A DNA stretch of 39,330 nt from Nitrospinota bacterium (GTDB lineage: Bacteria; Nitrospinota_A; UBA7883): the NCBI GenBank assembly GCA_029879765.1, contig JAOUPQ010000002.1:1-39330 (forward strand), given 5' to 3'. The position numbers were made by a program, and so were the translations under genes. Numbering within the stretch: the first letter of the stretch is position 1; each line of letters opens with the position of its first letter. The notes below the pieces were generated by a model that saw only the letters and a program-made list of their open reading frames with translations, ran no database searches and was not told the DNA's origin. Shown here one piece after another: positions 1 to 8,513 of this stretch.

Positions 1-2
1 TG

Positions 3-365
3 TTGAAGCCCAGGGCGCGAACGCTGGTGGATCTGGCGGCCAGCGCCAGGTTGTATCTGGGGGACGAGGTTGAATATGACGAGAAGGCGGTGATAAAGTT
101 TTTAACTTCCGACACCGCGGCTTTGCTTTCCGAACTGGCGGACCGCCTGATGATGGCTGATTTTGGCCGAAAGGATGATATTGAGTCGGTGTTCAACGGA
201 TTCCTGGAGGAGAAGGGGCTGAATCTCAAGGCTGTGGCGCAGCCGGTGCGGGTGGCGCTCACCGGAGGCACGATAAGCCCCGGGTTGTTCGATATTATGG
301 CGTTCATGGGGCGGGACAAATGCCTGGCGCGTATACGGGAAGGCGCCCGCCGGGCGCAGGGATAA
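3..365 (+). CDS. gltX: glutamyl-tRNA synthetase, C-terminal fragment (5' end lies outside the window)
   Basis: The frame is open from the left edge. The tail AQPVRVALTGGTISPGLFDIMAFMGRDKCLARI looks like the conserved C-terminal segment of bacterial GluRS. This is recognition from memory, not a search. Confidence 0.7.
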   Translation: MKPRARTLVDLAASARLYLGDEVEYDEKAVIKFLTSDTAALLSELADRLMMADFGRKDDIESVFNGFLEEKGLNLKAVAQPVRVALTGGTISPGLFDIMAFMGRDKCLARIREGARRAQG

Positions 366-389
366 CTCAATAGCGGGAGGGTGGAGACA

Positions 390-1127
390 ATGGTGACCAA
401 CGAGACTAAAAGGCCCATAAGCCCCGGCGCCGAAGAAGAGCTGGGGCAGGTCCACAGTGTGCTGGACAAGGGCGAGGTGGAGCTGGTGGATTATGTGGGG
501 AGCGACCGGACCGTGGCCCGGGCCGCTCGAACTTCATACCAGGGGAGCGAGGGGAAAAGCGAGGAGGCGGACCAGCGCCTGATCCTGCGGTTGTGGAAGG
601 ACCGGCATACTTCACCCTTCGAGATGGTGGGGCTGACTTTCCGCATCCGGCTCCCCATTTTCGTGATGCGCCAGCATGTTCGGCACAGGACGGCGTCGCT
701 GAACGAATGGTCCTTCCGATACACGGAGTGCCCGGAGCTTTTTTTCGTGCCTGATCATGACAATGTGCGGGGCCAGGGGAAGACGAACAAGCAGGTGGGC
801 GAGGGGAAGCTGGATGAGGACGCGGCCACCAAGGCGCGGACCCTTATAGATGGCGTCAATCATCACGCATACAAGACCTATCGGCTTCTTTTGGAGCTTG
901 GCGTGGCCCGGGAGCAGGCCAGGGTGGTGTTGCCTGTTTCCGCCTATACCCAGATTGTGTGGAGCATGGACATGCGCAACCTGCTGCACTACTTTTCGCT
1001 GCGGCTGGCCCCGGACGCGCAAAAAGAGATTCGTGATTACGCCATTGTGATGGCCAGGATTGTGAAAAAGGGATGGCCTATGATCTGGAACGCGTTCGCT
1101 GAAGGAAATGATCCCCTGGATCAGTGA
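390..1127 (+). CDS. thyX: flavin-dependent thymidylate synthase ThyX
   Basis: RHRTASLNEWSFRY matches the ThyX signature RHRxxSxxxxSxRY. The ATG at 390 follows GGGAGGGTGGAG (375-386). The GTG at 381 used by the ORF track lies inside that Shine-Dalgarno, so 390 is preferred. Confidence 0.9.
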   Translation: MVTNETKRPISPGAEEELGQVHSVLDKGEVELVDYVGSDRTVARAARTSYQGSEGKSEEADQRLILRLWKDRHTSPFEMVGLTFRIRLPIFVMRQHVRHRTASLNEWSFRYTECPELFFVPDHDNVRGQGKTNKQVGEGKLDEDAATKARTLIDGVNHHAYKTYRLLLELGVAREQARVVLPVSAYTQIVWSMDMRNLLHYFSLRLAPDAQKEIRDYAIVMARIVKKGWPMIWNAFAEGNDPLDQ

Positions 1128-1159
1128 CGCGCCCCTGCCCACGCCTGGAGGTGGCGGAG

Positions 1160-2941
1160 TTATGTATTCTCGACGACCCCATCTTCGGCCCTGGGGCTTG
1201 GTTCCCCCACCGGAAGGGTTTCCTGGGGGATCACAGGAAGCCACAGGATAAAACTAGAGCCCTTTCCTGGACTGGATATCGCCTCTATTTTCCCTCCGTG
1301 GCTTTCCACAATCTTTTTCGCCGAGGGAAGGCCCAACCCTGTGCCTTTGGTTTTTGTGGTGAAGAAAGGTTCGAAAATGTTTTCCATCACATCGTCTTCG
1401 ATTCCCTCTCCGGTGTCTTCAATGTTTATCCTCACCCATGGATATTCCTTGTCTCCTCCTAGGTCAATGCTGGATGGCAGTCTGTTCTGGTACGAGCCTG
1501 TTTCCCTGGAAGCGTCAATGGATAAGGTACCCCCATCCGGCATCACATCCACGGCGTTGAGCAGGATATTCCAGATCACCTGTTTGATGCCCTCCTGATC
1601 CACATATGCCAGCAGGCCCTCCTGGACGTTGATTTTTATATCCACTCCTCCAGGCAGCTTGGGACTGGACCGCAGCAAGGTGACCACTTCGTTAATAATC
1701 TCATTCAGGTTGGTGGATTGCCTGTCCAGGTTGGGAGGGGAGGAGTAATCGAGAAAGTCCGTGATTATGTTGTTCAGCCTGTCCGCTTCTCTCATGGTAA
1801 TTTTCATCAGTCTCTGGCTGTGCTCGTCGAGAAAGGAGGAAAGATCGGAGGAGAGCATTTGTATCGAACCGCTGAGGGAGGCCAGTGGATTTCTGATCTC
1901 ATGGGCGATAACGGCGGCGACTTTGCCGATGGCGGCCAGCCTCTCCGAATCCGCCATGCTCCTTTCCATCATCTTCAGCTCTGTCACATCCTGGAAGGCG
2001 GCAATGACCCCTTGTACTTTATCCCCCATAATGAACTTGTTTACTGCCATGGACAGGTATACATCTTCTGATTCTGGGTCTTTATATACCCAGTGATACC
2101 TTTTATCATCATTGTCAAGGCTCTCAATGCTAAAAAAGTATTCCTTTAATTCCTCCAGTTGCAGGACATCTTCAACCTTTTCCCTCAGCAGATCTTCCCT
2201 GCTCATTTTTAATATTTTTTCCGCTGCGGGATTTGTGGAGAGCACTCTTCTGTCCAGCCCTATGGCCATGAATCCCAGTCCCATATTATTCAGGACATTT
2301 TCATGGAAAGCCTGGAGCATGGTGAAATCCTCGATTTTTTGCGCCAGTTCCTCGCCTGTTTTGCTAAGCAATCTGGTGATATGGCTGCTCATGGCCGCCA
2401 CAAAAAAGAAAGTGATGGTGTTCACCATAATGCTCAGAAATACGAAATAGAAAACGGTGGGATCCGCCAGGGGGGGGAAAGGGTAGAACGGCTTGATATA
2501 GCCCAGGTGCTCCATGTACACCATGCCTCCATAGAGGACAGTGGACATCCCCGCCAGGGCGTATGTGGCCATGGATTTTCCATAAAAAACCGAGGCCACA
2601 ATCACGAGGACGTACATGAAGGTAAAAGGGCTGTTCAACCCTCCGGTGCAATATATTATCCATGTGATAAGGAACTGATCCAGCAGCAACTGCAAGTAGG
2701 CGAACCGACGCTGGCTGGAGCCCCATCCCAGGTATAAGGCGTAGATAATGGTCAGAAGATAGGTAGCCGCCACGGGGGCCAGGGCCGGGATATAGTCTCC
2801 CAGTCTTCCGAACTTGGCCTGGTAATACACCACCACACCCATCAGGAAGGAGATGATGGCCAGCCGGGCGGTGAGCAGGATACGGTTGTATATTGGGTCG
2901 AGGGGCTTTAGGATTAGGTTCTCGCCGGACAGGTTACTCAT
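1160..2941 (-). CDS. membrane sensor histidine kinase with PilS-like architecture (about 6 TM helices, PAS, HisKA, HATPase)
   Basis: Six hydrophobic segments lie in the first ~190 aa. There is a PAS-like segment (NVLNNMGLGFMAIGLDRRVLSTNPAAEKIL), an H-box (AHEIRNPLASLSGSIQML) and a C-terminal ATPase with G-boxes (EDTGEGI, GTGLGL). It lies next to pilC/pilT. Confidence 0.85.
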   Translation of the reverse strand: MSNLSGENLILKPLDPIYNRILLTARLAIISFLMGVVVYYQAKFGRLGDYIPALAPVAATYLLTIIYALYLGWGSSQRRFAYLQLLLDQFLITWIIYCTGGLNSPFTFMYVLVIVASVFYGKSMATYALAGMSTVLYGGMVYMEHLGYIKPFYPFPPLADPTVFYFVFLSIMVNTITFFFVAAMSSHITRLLSKTGEELAQKIEDFTMLQAFHENVLNNMGLGFMAIGLDRRVLSTNPAAEKILKMSREDLLREKVEDVLQLEELKEYFFSIESLDNDDKRYHWVYKDPESEDVYLSMAVNKFIMGDKVQGVIAAFQDVTELKMMERSMADSERLAAIGKVAAVIAHEIRNPLASLSGSIQMLSSDLSSFLDEHSQRLMKITMREADRLNNIITDFLDYSSPPNLDRQSTNLNEIINEVVTLLRSSPKLPGGVDIKINVQEGLLAYVDQEGIKQVIWNILLNAVDVMPDGGTLSIDASRETGSYQNRLPSSIDLGGDKEYPWVRINIEDTGEGIEDDVMENIFEPFFTTKTKGTGLGLPSAKKIVESHGGKIEAISSPGKGSSFILWLPVIPQETLPVGEPSPRAEDGVVENT

Positions 2942-2963
2942 GGCAAGGTGACACTAAAGCGCA

Positions 2964-2991
2964 CTGGCCGGGGCTTTTGCGCCCCGGCCAG
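2964..2991 (-). terminator. GC-rich hairpin between pilC and the PilS-like kinase (possible terminator or attenuator)
   Basis: Perfect 11-bp stem CTGGCCGGGGC / GCCCCGGCCAG with a 6-nt loop, 30 nt after the pilC stop. The T-tract on the - strand is poor (TGCGCTTTAG), so it may be only partial, or an RNA-stabilising hairpin. Confidence 0.4.
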
Positions 2992-3021
2992 CTTGCCTTT
3001 ATAAGTTTTCGATCCCTGTCT

Positions 3022-4212
3022 TCAGCCGACAACTTCGCCAAGCTTGAATATGGGCATATACATGGCCACGACGACGAAACCGACCACCACGCCCAGGAAA
3101 ACCATAAGGGCCGGCTCCAGCAGCGAAGTCATCGCATCCACTGCCGTGTCCACTTCGTTGTCATAAAAGTCCGCTATTTTGTTCATCATGGCGTCCAGGG
3201 CGCCGGTCTGCTCGCCGACCTCTATCATCTGGACCACCATTATGGGAAACACTCCCTGTTCCTTGAGAGGTTCTGAAAGACCTTTACCCTGTTTGATATC
3301 GTCAATAACTTCCAGAACCGCCTGTTCAATAACCTTTTGGCCTGCGGTTTTGGCAGTGATGGTGAGTCCTTCAATAATTGGCACACCGGAGGCGATGAGA
3401 GTTCCCATGGTTCTGGTGAACTTGGCCACGGCGATTTTCTGGATAAGCTCTCCTAGGACCGGCAATTTTATAAACACCCTGTCCGTGATGATCATCCCTT
3501 TTTCGGTGGCTCTGAATTTGATGAAAGCAAAGAACACCACCACCGGCATGACGAACACCAGGTACCATCTGGCTATAACAAAATTCGACGCTCCCAACAC
3601 CACCTGGGTTGGCCATGGCAAGGCCTGGCCGAAGTCGGAAAACATGGTGCCGAACATGGGGATAACAAAGATCAGGAGGAAGATAACAACAGCCACCGCC
3701 ACAGTGACGATAGCTGCAGGATATACCATGGCGCCTTTCACTTTTCCCTTCAGCGCCATGGCTTTTTCCATGTATTCCGCCAGCCGGATAAGGATCTTGT
3801 CCAGAATACCGCCCACCTCGCCGGCTTCTATCATGTTGGTATACAACTCGTCGAAAATATCCGGATGCTTCCGCAAAGCGTCGGCGAAAGTGTCCCCTGT
3901 TTCCACTTTCTGTTTGACGCTGGAGATGGCGCGGGCGAAAATCCTGTTTTCCGTGGAGTTCGCCAGGATGCTGAGACACTGAACCAGCGGCAAGCCTGCG
4001 CTGATCATAGTGGCGAATTGGCGGGTGAATATGACCACGTCTTTTTGCGTGGGGCCCCCTCCGAAGAGGACCATATCACTGTTAGGGGAGATTTTAGTGT
4101 ATTTTATATGCTGACGGTTGAGCATGGTTTTGGCCTGCTCAATATTTTCCGCCTCAATGATACCTTCTTTGGTTCCAGCCTTCGTCGTATACTTATATTT
4201 AAACTCTGGCAT
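3022..4212 (-). CDS. pilC: type IV pilus inner-membrane platform protein PilC (GspF family)
   Basis: About 397 aa with the two-fold GspF repeat pattern (FTRQFATMISAGLPL... and FTRTMGTLIASGVPI...) and 3 TM segments. The ATG at 4212 has AAAGGA 6 nt upstream. The track start at 4218 is a TTG. Confidence 0.85.
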   Translation of the reverse strand: MPEFKYKYTTKAGTKEGIIEAENIEQAKTMLNRQHIKYTKISPNSDMVLFGGGPTQKDVVIFTRQFATMISAGLPLVQCLSILANSTENRIFARAISSVKQKVETGDTFADALRKHPDIFDELYTNMIEAGEVGGILDKILIRLAEYMEKAMALKGKVKGAMVYPAAIVTVAVAVVIFLLIFVIPMFGTMFSDFGQALPWPTQVVLGASNFVIARWYLVFVMPVVVFFAFIKFRATEKGMIITDRVFIKLPVLGELIQKIAVAKFTRTMGTLIASGVPIIEGLTITAKTAGQKVIEQAVLEVIDDIKQGKGLSEPLKEQGVFPIMVVQMIEVGEQTGALDAMMNKIADFYDNEVDTAVDAMTSLLEPALMVFLGVVVGFVVVAMYMPIFKLGEVVG

Positions 4213-4237
4213 AAACAATCCTTTAGTTAATTATCTT

Positions 4238-4915
4238 TCACAGGTCAAATCCTCTGCCTGTCTCCTTTAGCACATGTTTGAAAACGGTGTATTTGTCCGC
4301 AGTATCCCTGAGGGCCTTTCTTAGCAAAAGCTCAAAATTGGAAAACTCACTTTCATTAAATACCATATCCGCGCTCAAGCTGAAAGCTGTCAGCTCATCC
4401 AGAGTCTTGAAATTCTTCCCCACCAGCACTATGAACACTCTTCTGCGTTTATCCATGGGCAAGGGCTCAAGAAACTTCAGTATAGCGTTCCTGGAGGGGT
4501 CGGCGCCACCAAACCTCTCATTTAATAATATCAGATCATATTCAATTGACTGAAGTTTTTTATATCCATCCTCCTGGCTGCTGGCCAGGGTTATCTGATA
4601 ATCGAGCTTTTTCAACACGGGGGATATCTTGGCAGCGTTTTGCTGGTCGGCTACCAGCGCTTTATATTTTCCTTCTCCCAAAAGATCAATCTCATGATCC
4701 AGGCTCCCACCCAGCTGTGGCATACCCTTGGCCCCAGCGCCCCTGGGGGGCAGAACCACATCCTGGGTCTGGTCCAGAGGCTTGTCCTCTTTCCCTTTAA
4801 AAACGCTGATGGGCCCTTTGCAGCTTGGGCATTTGAAGGTCTTGGAACCAGAGGCCGGAACCATATTATCCGGTATACTTACTGTCTTGTGACAGCTGGG
4901 ACAGGATACTTTCAT
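4238..4915 (-). CDS. zinc-ribbon (MJ0042-type CXXC...CXXC) protein with a C-terminal pseudo-receiver domain
   Basis: N-terminus is MKVSCPSCHKTVSIPDNMVPASGSKTFKCPSCKGPISVF. The C-terminal ~120 aa have a receiver-like beta/alpha pattern (KALVAD..., YDLILLNERF, VFIVLVGKN). However, Asn replaces the phospho-acceptor Asp, and the conserved Thr/Ser and Lys are missing. Confidence 0.6.
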   Translation of the reverse strand: MKVSCPSCHKTVSIPDNMVPASGSKTFKCPSCKGPISVFKGKEDKPLDQTQDVVLPPRGAGAKGMPQLGGSLDHEIDLLGEGKYKALVADQQNAAKISPVLKKLDYQITLASSQEDGYKKLQSIEYDLILLNERFGGADPSRNAILKFLEPLPMDKRRRVFIVLVGKNFKTLDELTAFSLSADMVFNESEFSNFELLLRKALRDTADKYTVFKHVLKETGRGFDL

Positions 4916-4918
4916 CGT

Positions 4919-6115
4919 CTACCTTTTCCTCCTCTTTCCTTTGCCGCCATCCACCTCCTTGGAATAATCATCATCCAGATCCAATCCTTCGATATCCGAT
5001 GTTTTCTCGCCTCTTGTCTGCTTGACCTTGTCAATTTTTCTTTGCACCTCGGATTTTCGCGAGGCGTACGCGATGGCCGTTTCCTCCGTTATCAACCCAT
5101 TGGCATAAAGCTCCGCCATATGGGCGTCGAAGGTTCTCCATCCAAAAGGCTCCGCCTGGGATATTATGTCATAAAAGGTTTTCCCCTCCTCCTCTCCATT
5201 GAGGATAGAGTCCTTGACACGCAGGTTCATCCCCATGATTTCGAAAGCCGCCACTCGCCCCCCTCCCTTCCGGGGCAGCAACCTCTGGCAGACGACCCAA
5301 CGCAGTGTATCCGCCAGCCTTATACGGATAAGCTGCTCTTCCTCCTGGTCAAACATGCCGATTATGCGGTTTATGGTGGAGCCTGCGTCCACGGTGTGCA
5401 GCGTACTCATCAGAAGATGGCCGGTTTCAGCGGCGGTCATGCCGATCTCCATGGTTTCCCGGTCGCGCATCTCGCCCACCAGGATCACTTTGGGGGCCTG
5501 GCGCAGGGCAGCGCGCAAACCGCTGGCGAAATTATCGTAATCCTGCCCCAGTTCCCGCTGATTGAATGTGGCCATCTTGTGGGGATGAGAAAACTCCACA
5601 GGGTCTTCCAGGGTTACGACATGGATAGCCTTTTTCTGGTTTATCTCGTCGAGCATGGCCGCCAGAGATGTGGTCTTGCCCGATCCGGTGGCGCCGGTGA
5701 CCAGCACCATGCCGTTTTTCTCCTCAATTATTTTATTAAACACCTTGGGGAGCTTCATTTCCTCGATGGTGGGGATCCGCGATTCCAGCTTCCTGAGCAC
5801 CAGCGAGTATGTGCTGCGCTGGCTGAAGATGTTCACACGAAACCTGGCCCGATCCCCCAACGCGTATGAACAATCCGCTGAACCTTGCTCCACCAGTTGC
5901 CGAGTCAACCTGGAGTCGGAATTTATGATGGTAAAGGCGATATTCTCCGTTTGAAACGGGGTGAGTTTGTCAATTTTCGGCGTAATGGCAACTTCTTTCA
6001 GGACACCGGAGGATTCCACCTGCAACGGCTTGCCCACGGTGAAATTCAAGTCGGATACATTAGGGTGGCTGTCCAGCATGGTGTTCAAAATAAAGTCCAG
6101 TTCCCGTGATTGCAT
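4919..6115 (-). CDS. pilT: PilT/PilU-family type IV pilus retraction ATPase (divergent, with a charged C-terminal tail)
   Basis: Walker A VTGATGSGKTTSLAAM, Walker B/Asp-box VILVGEMRD, His-box AAETGHLLMSTLHT. The ~398 aa size fits PilT rather than PilB. The AIRNLIRE motif is not conserved, and there is an extra tail ...DLDDDYSKEVDGGKGKRRKR. Confidence 0.8.
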   Translation of the reverse strand: MQSRELDFILNTMLDSHPNVSDLNFTVGKPLQVESSGVLKEVAITPKIDKLTPFQTENIAFTIINSDSRLTRQLVEQGSADCSYALGDRARFRVNIFSQRSTYSLVLRKLESRIPTIEEMKLPKVFNKIIEEKNGMVLVTGATGSGKTTSLAAMLDEINQKKAIHVVTLEDPVEFSHPHKMATFNQRELGQDYDNFASGLRAALRQAPKVILVGEMRDRETMEIGMTAAETGHLLMSTLHTVDAGSTINRIIGMFDQEEEQLIRIRLADTLRWVVCQRLLPRKGGGRVAAFEIMGMNLRVKDSILNGEEEGKTFYDIISQAEPFGWRTFDAHMAELYANGLITEETAIAYASRKSEVQRKIDKVKQTRGEKTSDIEGLDLDDDYSKEVDGGKGKRRKR

Positions 6116-6200
6116 TTAATCCCCTATTGAACAATACAACATTCAGTTTTTCGATTCAAAGCGCTAATGTTATAGGGCCCCGCCCAACTGCCACATAATA

Positions 6201-6230
6201 ATTATATAATAACTTTCGCTTAATTAGCAA
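6201..6230 (-). promoter_or_regulatory. candidate sigma-70 promoter for the pilT operon
   Basis: On the - strand: TTGCTA, an 18-nt spacer, then TATAAT, about 85 nt upstream of the pilT ATG in a 202-bp AT-rich gap. A chance match in AT-rich DNA is quite possible. Confidence 0.3.
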
Positions 6231-6317
6231 AAACAATAATCCAATGTTTAAAAAAAGTCCCTATGCCAGAAAAGACGCGAACTGAGGGGGGATCGGGGAT
6301 AGGTGGGGGCACAGCGA

Positions 6318-7220
6318 TTACAAAGAACCTCCCCCCACCGCTTCCTTGACTTTGGATTTATAGAAAATGCTGTTTCCATAGCGAACAGATTCGAAATCAT
6401 CTGACAGCCCATAAAGATTCTCCGTCACTCCCAGGATCAGGAGACCGGAGGCATTGAGTAGTTTAGAGAACTGGCTGAATATTTTCTTCTTGGTGATATC
6501 ATCGAAATATATCAGCACGTTTCGACAGAAGATAATATCGTATGCTCCGATGTGGGAAAATGATTCGTTTAAATTGATCCGTCTAAACTCCACCATCTTC
6601 TGCAGATATGGCTTTATCTGCCACATTCTTTCGATTTTATTGAAATATTTGACCTTTTGGATTTCATCCAACCCCCGATCCACTTCCAGGTCGCTATATT
6701 CGCCAGCCACGGCGCGGGCCAGAACCTTGGGGCTGATATCCGAAGCCAATATGGAAAAATCATCCAACGTCACACCGTTTGGTTTGTGGACCGCCATGTA
6801 ATCAGAAAGAATCATGGCCACACTATAAGGCTCCTGCCCTGTGGAAGACGCCGCGCACCAGATTTTCACTTTCGGTCCCTTGCGCTGGTAATTATGGCTT
6901 TTTCGGCTCACCGCCAGCTCGATCAACTTTGGAGCCAGATGCGCCTTAAAGGTCTCGAAGGGATGAATGTCACGGAAAAATGAGGTCTCATTGGTCGTGA
7001 TGGCGGAGATAATCTGGTCCCGCAGATTATTATCCGGCGTCAGTGAAAGAGTCCTGTTCAGATCCGAAAAGCTGGCGAACCCATGCGAGGCCAGCAAGGG
7101 CTCCAACCTTTGACGCACAAGATATTTTTTCGATTCGTTTATGTCCAACCCGCAGATCCGGTAGATATAGGCTGTAATGTCGGCAAATTCCTTTTCAGTG
7201 ATTTCCATGGAGCTAACCAT
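6318..7220 (-). CDS. cheR: chemotaxis protein methyltransferase CheR
   Basis: N-terminal helical CheR domain (FADITAYIYRICGLDI), TNETSFFRD motif and SAM-binding IWCAASSTGQEPYS. It overlaps the cheB stop by 8 nt. Confidence 0.9.
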   Translation of the reverse strand: MVSSMEITEKEFADITAYIYRICGLDINESKKYLVRQRLEPLLASHGFASFSDLNRTLSLTPDNNLRDQIISAITTNETSFFRDIHPFETFKAHLAPKLIELAVSRKSHNYQRKGPKVKIWCAASSTGQEPYSVAMILSDYMAVHKPNGVTLDDFSILASDISPKVLARAVAGEYSDLEVDRGLDEIQKVKYFNKIERMWQIKPYLQKMVEFRRINLNESFSHIGAYDIIFCRNVLIYFDDITKKKIFSQFSKLLNASGLLILGVTENLYGLSDDFESVRYGNSIFYKSKVKEAVGGGSL

Positions 7221-8334
7221 TCCTTTTCTTCACCACTGCCGCAATGGCCGAGGATATCTGTTCAATAGGCAGCACCTCGTCCACAGCCCCTGTGGCCACG
7301 GCGCTTCCGGGCATCCCCCACACCACGCTGGTAGGCTCGTCCTGGGCGATAATATGGGCGCCGGAGGTTTTCAGCCCCACCAGCGAGCTGGCCCCATCAT
7401 TGCCCATTCCTGTCAACACCGCAGCCACCAGGTCCCCCCCACACACCTGGTGGGCGGATTTAAACATAGTGTCCACAGAAGGTCGACATCCATTCTCCGG
7501 CGGGTCTTCATTCAGGAACAACCTGATCACCCCACCCGTGCCAGATCCCAGCTTCATATGCCTTCCTCCAGGAGCGATGTAAACCTTTTCCCCGGTCATC
7601 AACTCCCCATCTCGCGCTTCACACACAGGACTGGCGCATTTTTTGGCCAGGCTTTCCGCCAGGGACTGGGTGAACTTGGGGGGCATATGCTGCACAATCA
7701 GGATCGGCACCTTCACCTGATTCGTCAGATCCGGCAACAAGACAGACAAAGCCTTGGGCCCACCGGTGGAGACGCCGACAATCACCGCCTTCACCGCCGT
7801 TCCCGGCCCTTTGGTGGCGATTATTTTTGGCGGCTCAGGGGCTACAGCCTGGCCCTTTTGATCCTGCTCTGTCTTTCGCGCGGAAGACAAATCCCGGGTC
7901 TTGTTTCTTTGGACCCCATAGACACGGATCTTGACAAGCAGCTGGCGCCTTAACGTTTCCATATTGGCGGTCATGTCCGCCCCGGAAGGCTTTTCCACAA
8001 AATCAAAGGCGCCCGCTTCCAGAGACTCGATGGTGATTGCCGCCCCCTTTACGGTGTGGGAGCTTAGCATGATGACGCCAACTTCCTTGGAAAGCTTGCC
8101 GGAAGCGTTGAGTTCGTTTATATGGCGGAGAGTTTCCAGGCCGTCCATGTCCGGCATTTCCACATCCAGGGTAACCAGATCTGGAGGATTGTTTTTAATA
8201 AACTCCAGCGCCTTCACGCCGTTTCGCACCGAACCTGCTATCTCGCAATCCTTGGTTTCCGCAAGGATGCTGGCCACCGCGCTTCGAAAGACCAGGGAAT
8301 CGTCAACAATCAGGATTCTTGTTTTCTTGTTCAT
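7213..8334 (-). CDS. cheB: protein-glutamate methylesterase CheB (receiver plus esterase)
   Basis: Receiver (ILIVDDS..., DLVTLDVEMPDMDG) followed by esterase motifs GVSTGGP, VQHMP and GMGNDG. Confidence 0.9.
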   Translation of the reverse strand: MNKKTRILIVDDSLVFRSAVASILAETKDCEIAGSVRNGVKALEFIKNNPPDLVTLDVEMPDMDGLETLRHINELNASGKLSKEVGVIMLSSHTVKGAAITIESLEAGAFDFVEKPSGADMTANMETLRRQLLVKIRVYGVQRNKTRDLSSARKTEQDQKGQAVAPEPPKIIATKGPGTAVKAVIVGVSTGGPKALSVLLPDLTNQVKVPILIVQHMPPKFTQSLAESLAKKCASPVCEARDGELMTGEKVYIAPGGRHMKLGSGTGGVIRLFLNEDPPENGCRPSVDTMFKSAHQVCGGDLVAAVLTGMGNDGASSLVGLKTSGAHIIAQDEPTSVVWGMPGSAVATGAVDEVLPIEQISSAIAAVVKKRNG

Positions 8335-8513
8335 TCACAACAACCGAAAAAACGTCAATCACACCCGCATTTCCCCACAGTTTATCAGGTTATCACCCCT
8401 GTTTAGCGTATAATCAAAATATTTTTCATTCTTTTTGGAAGGCTGACATATCAGAACGGTATGAGGCCATTTTAAAGAGCGAAAGAATGATTTCAACCGC
8501 TTTCCCGGGTTAA

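Noticed and set aside
4640-5869. 409-aa + strand ORF antisense to pilT, with similar shadow ORFs over pilC (3179..3982), thyX (612..1244) and the large kinase (for example 31855..32664).
   Set aside because: No motifs and an implausible composition. Each is fully contained in a gene with clear family signatures on the other strand.
8448-8474. Sigma-28-like promoter upstream of cheB (- strand TAAAATGG-N11-TCTGATAT).
   Set aside because: Spacing is right, but the -10 element matches only 5 of 8 positions of GCCGATAA. A similar-looking site upstream of the first MCP has the wrong spacing. No flagellar genes are present to support a FliA regulon.
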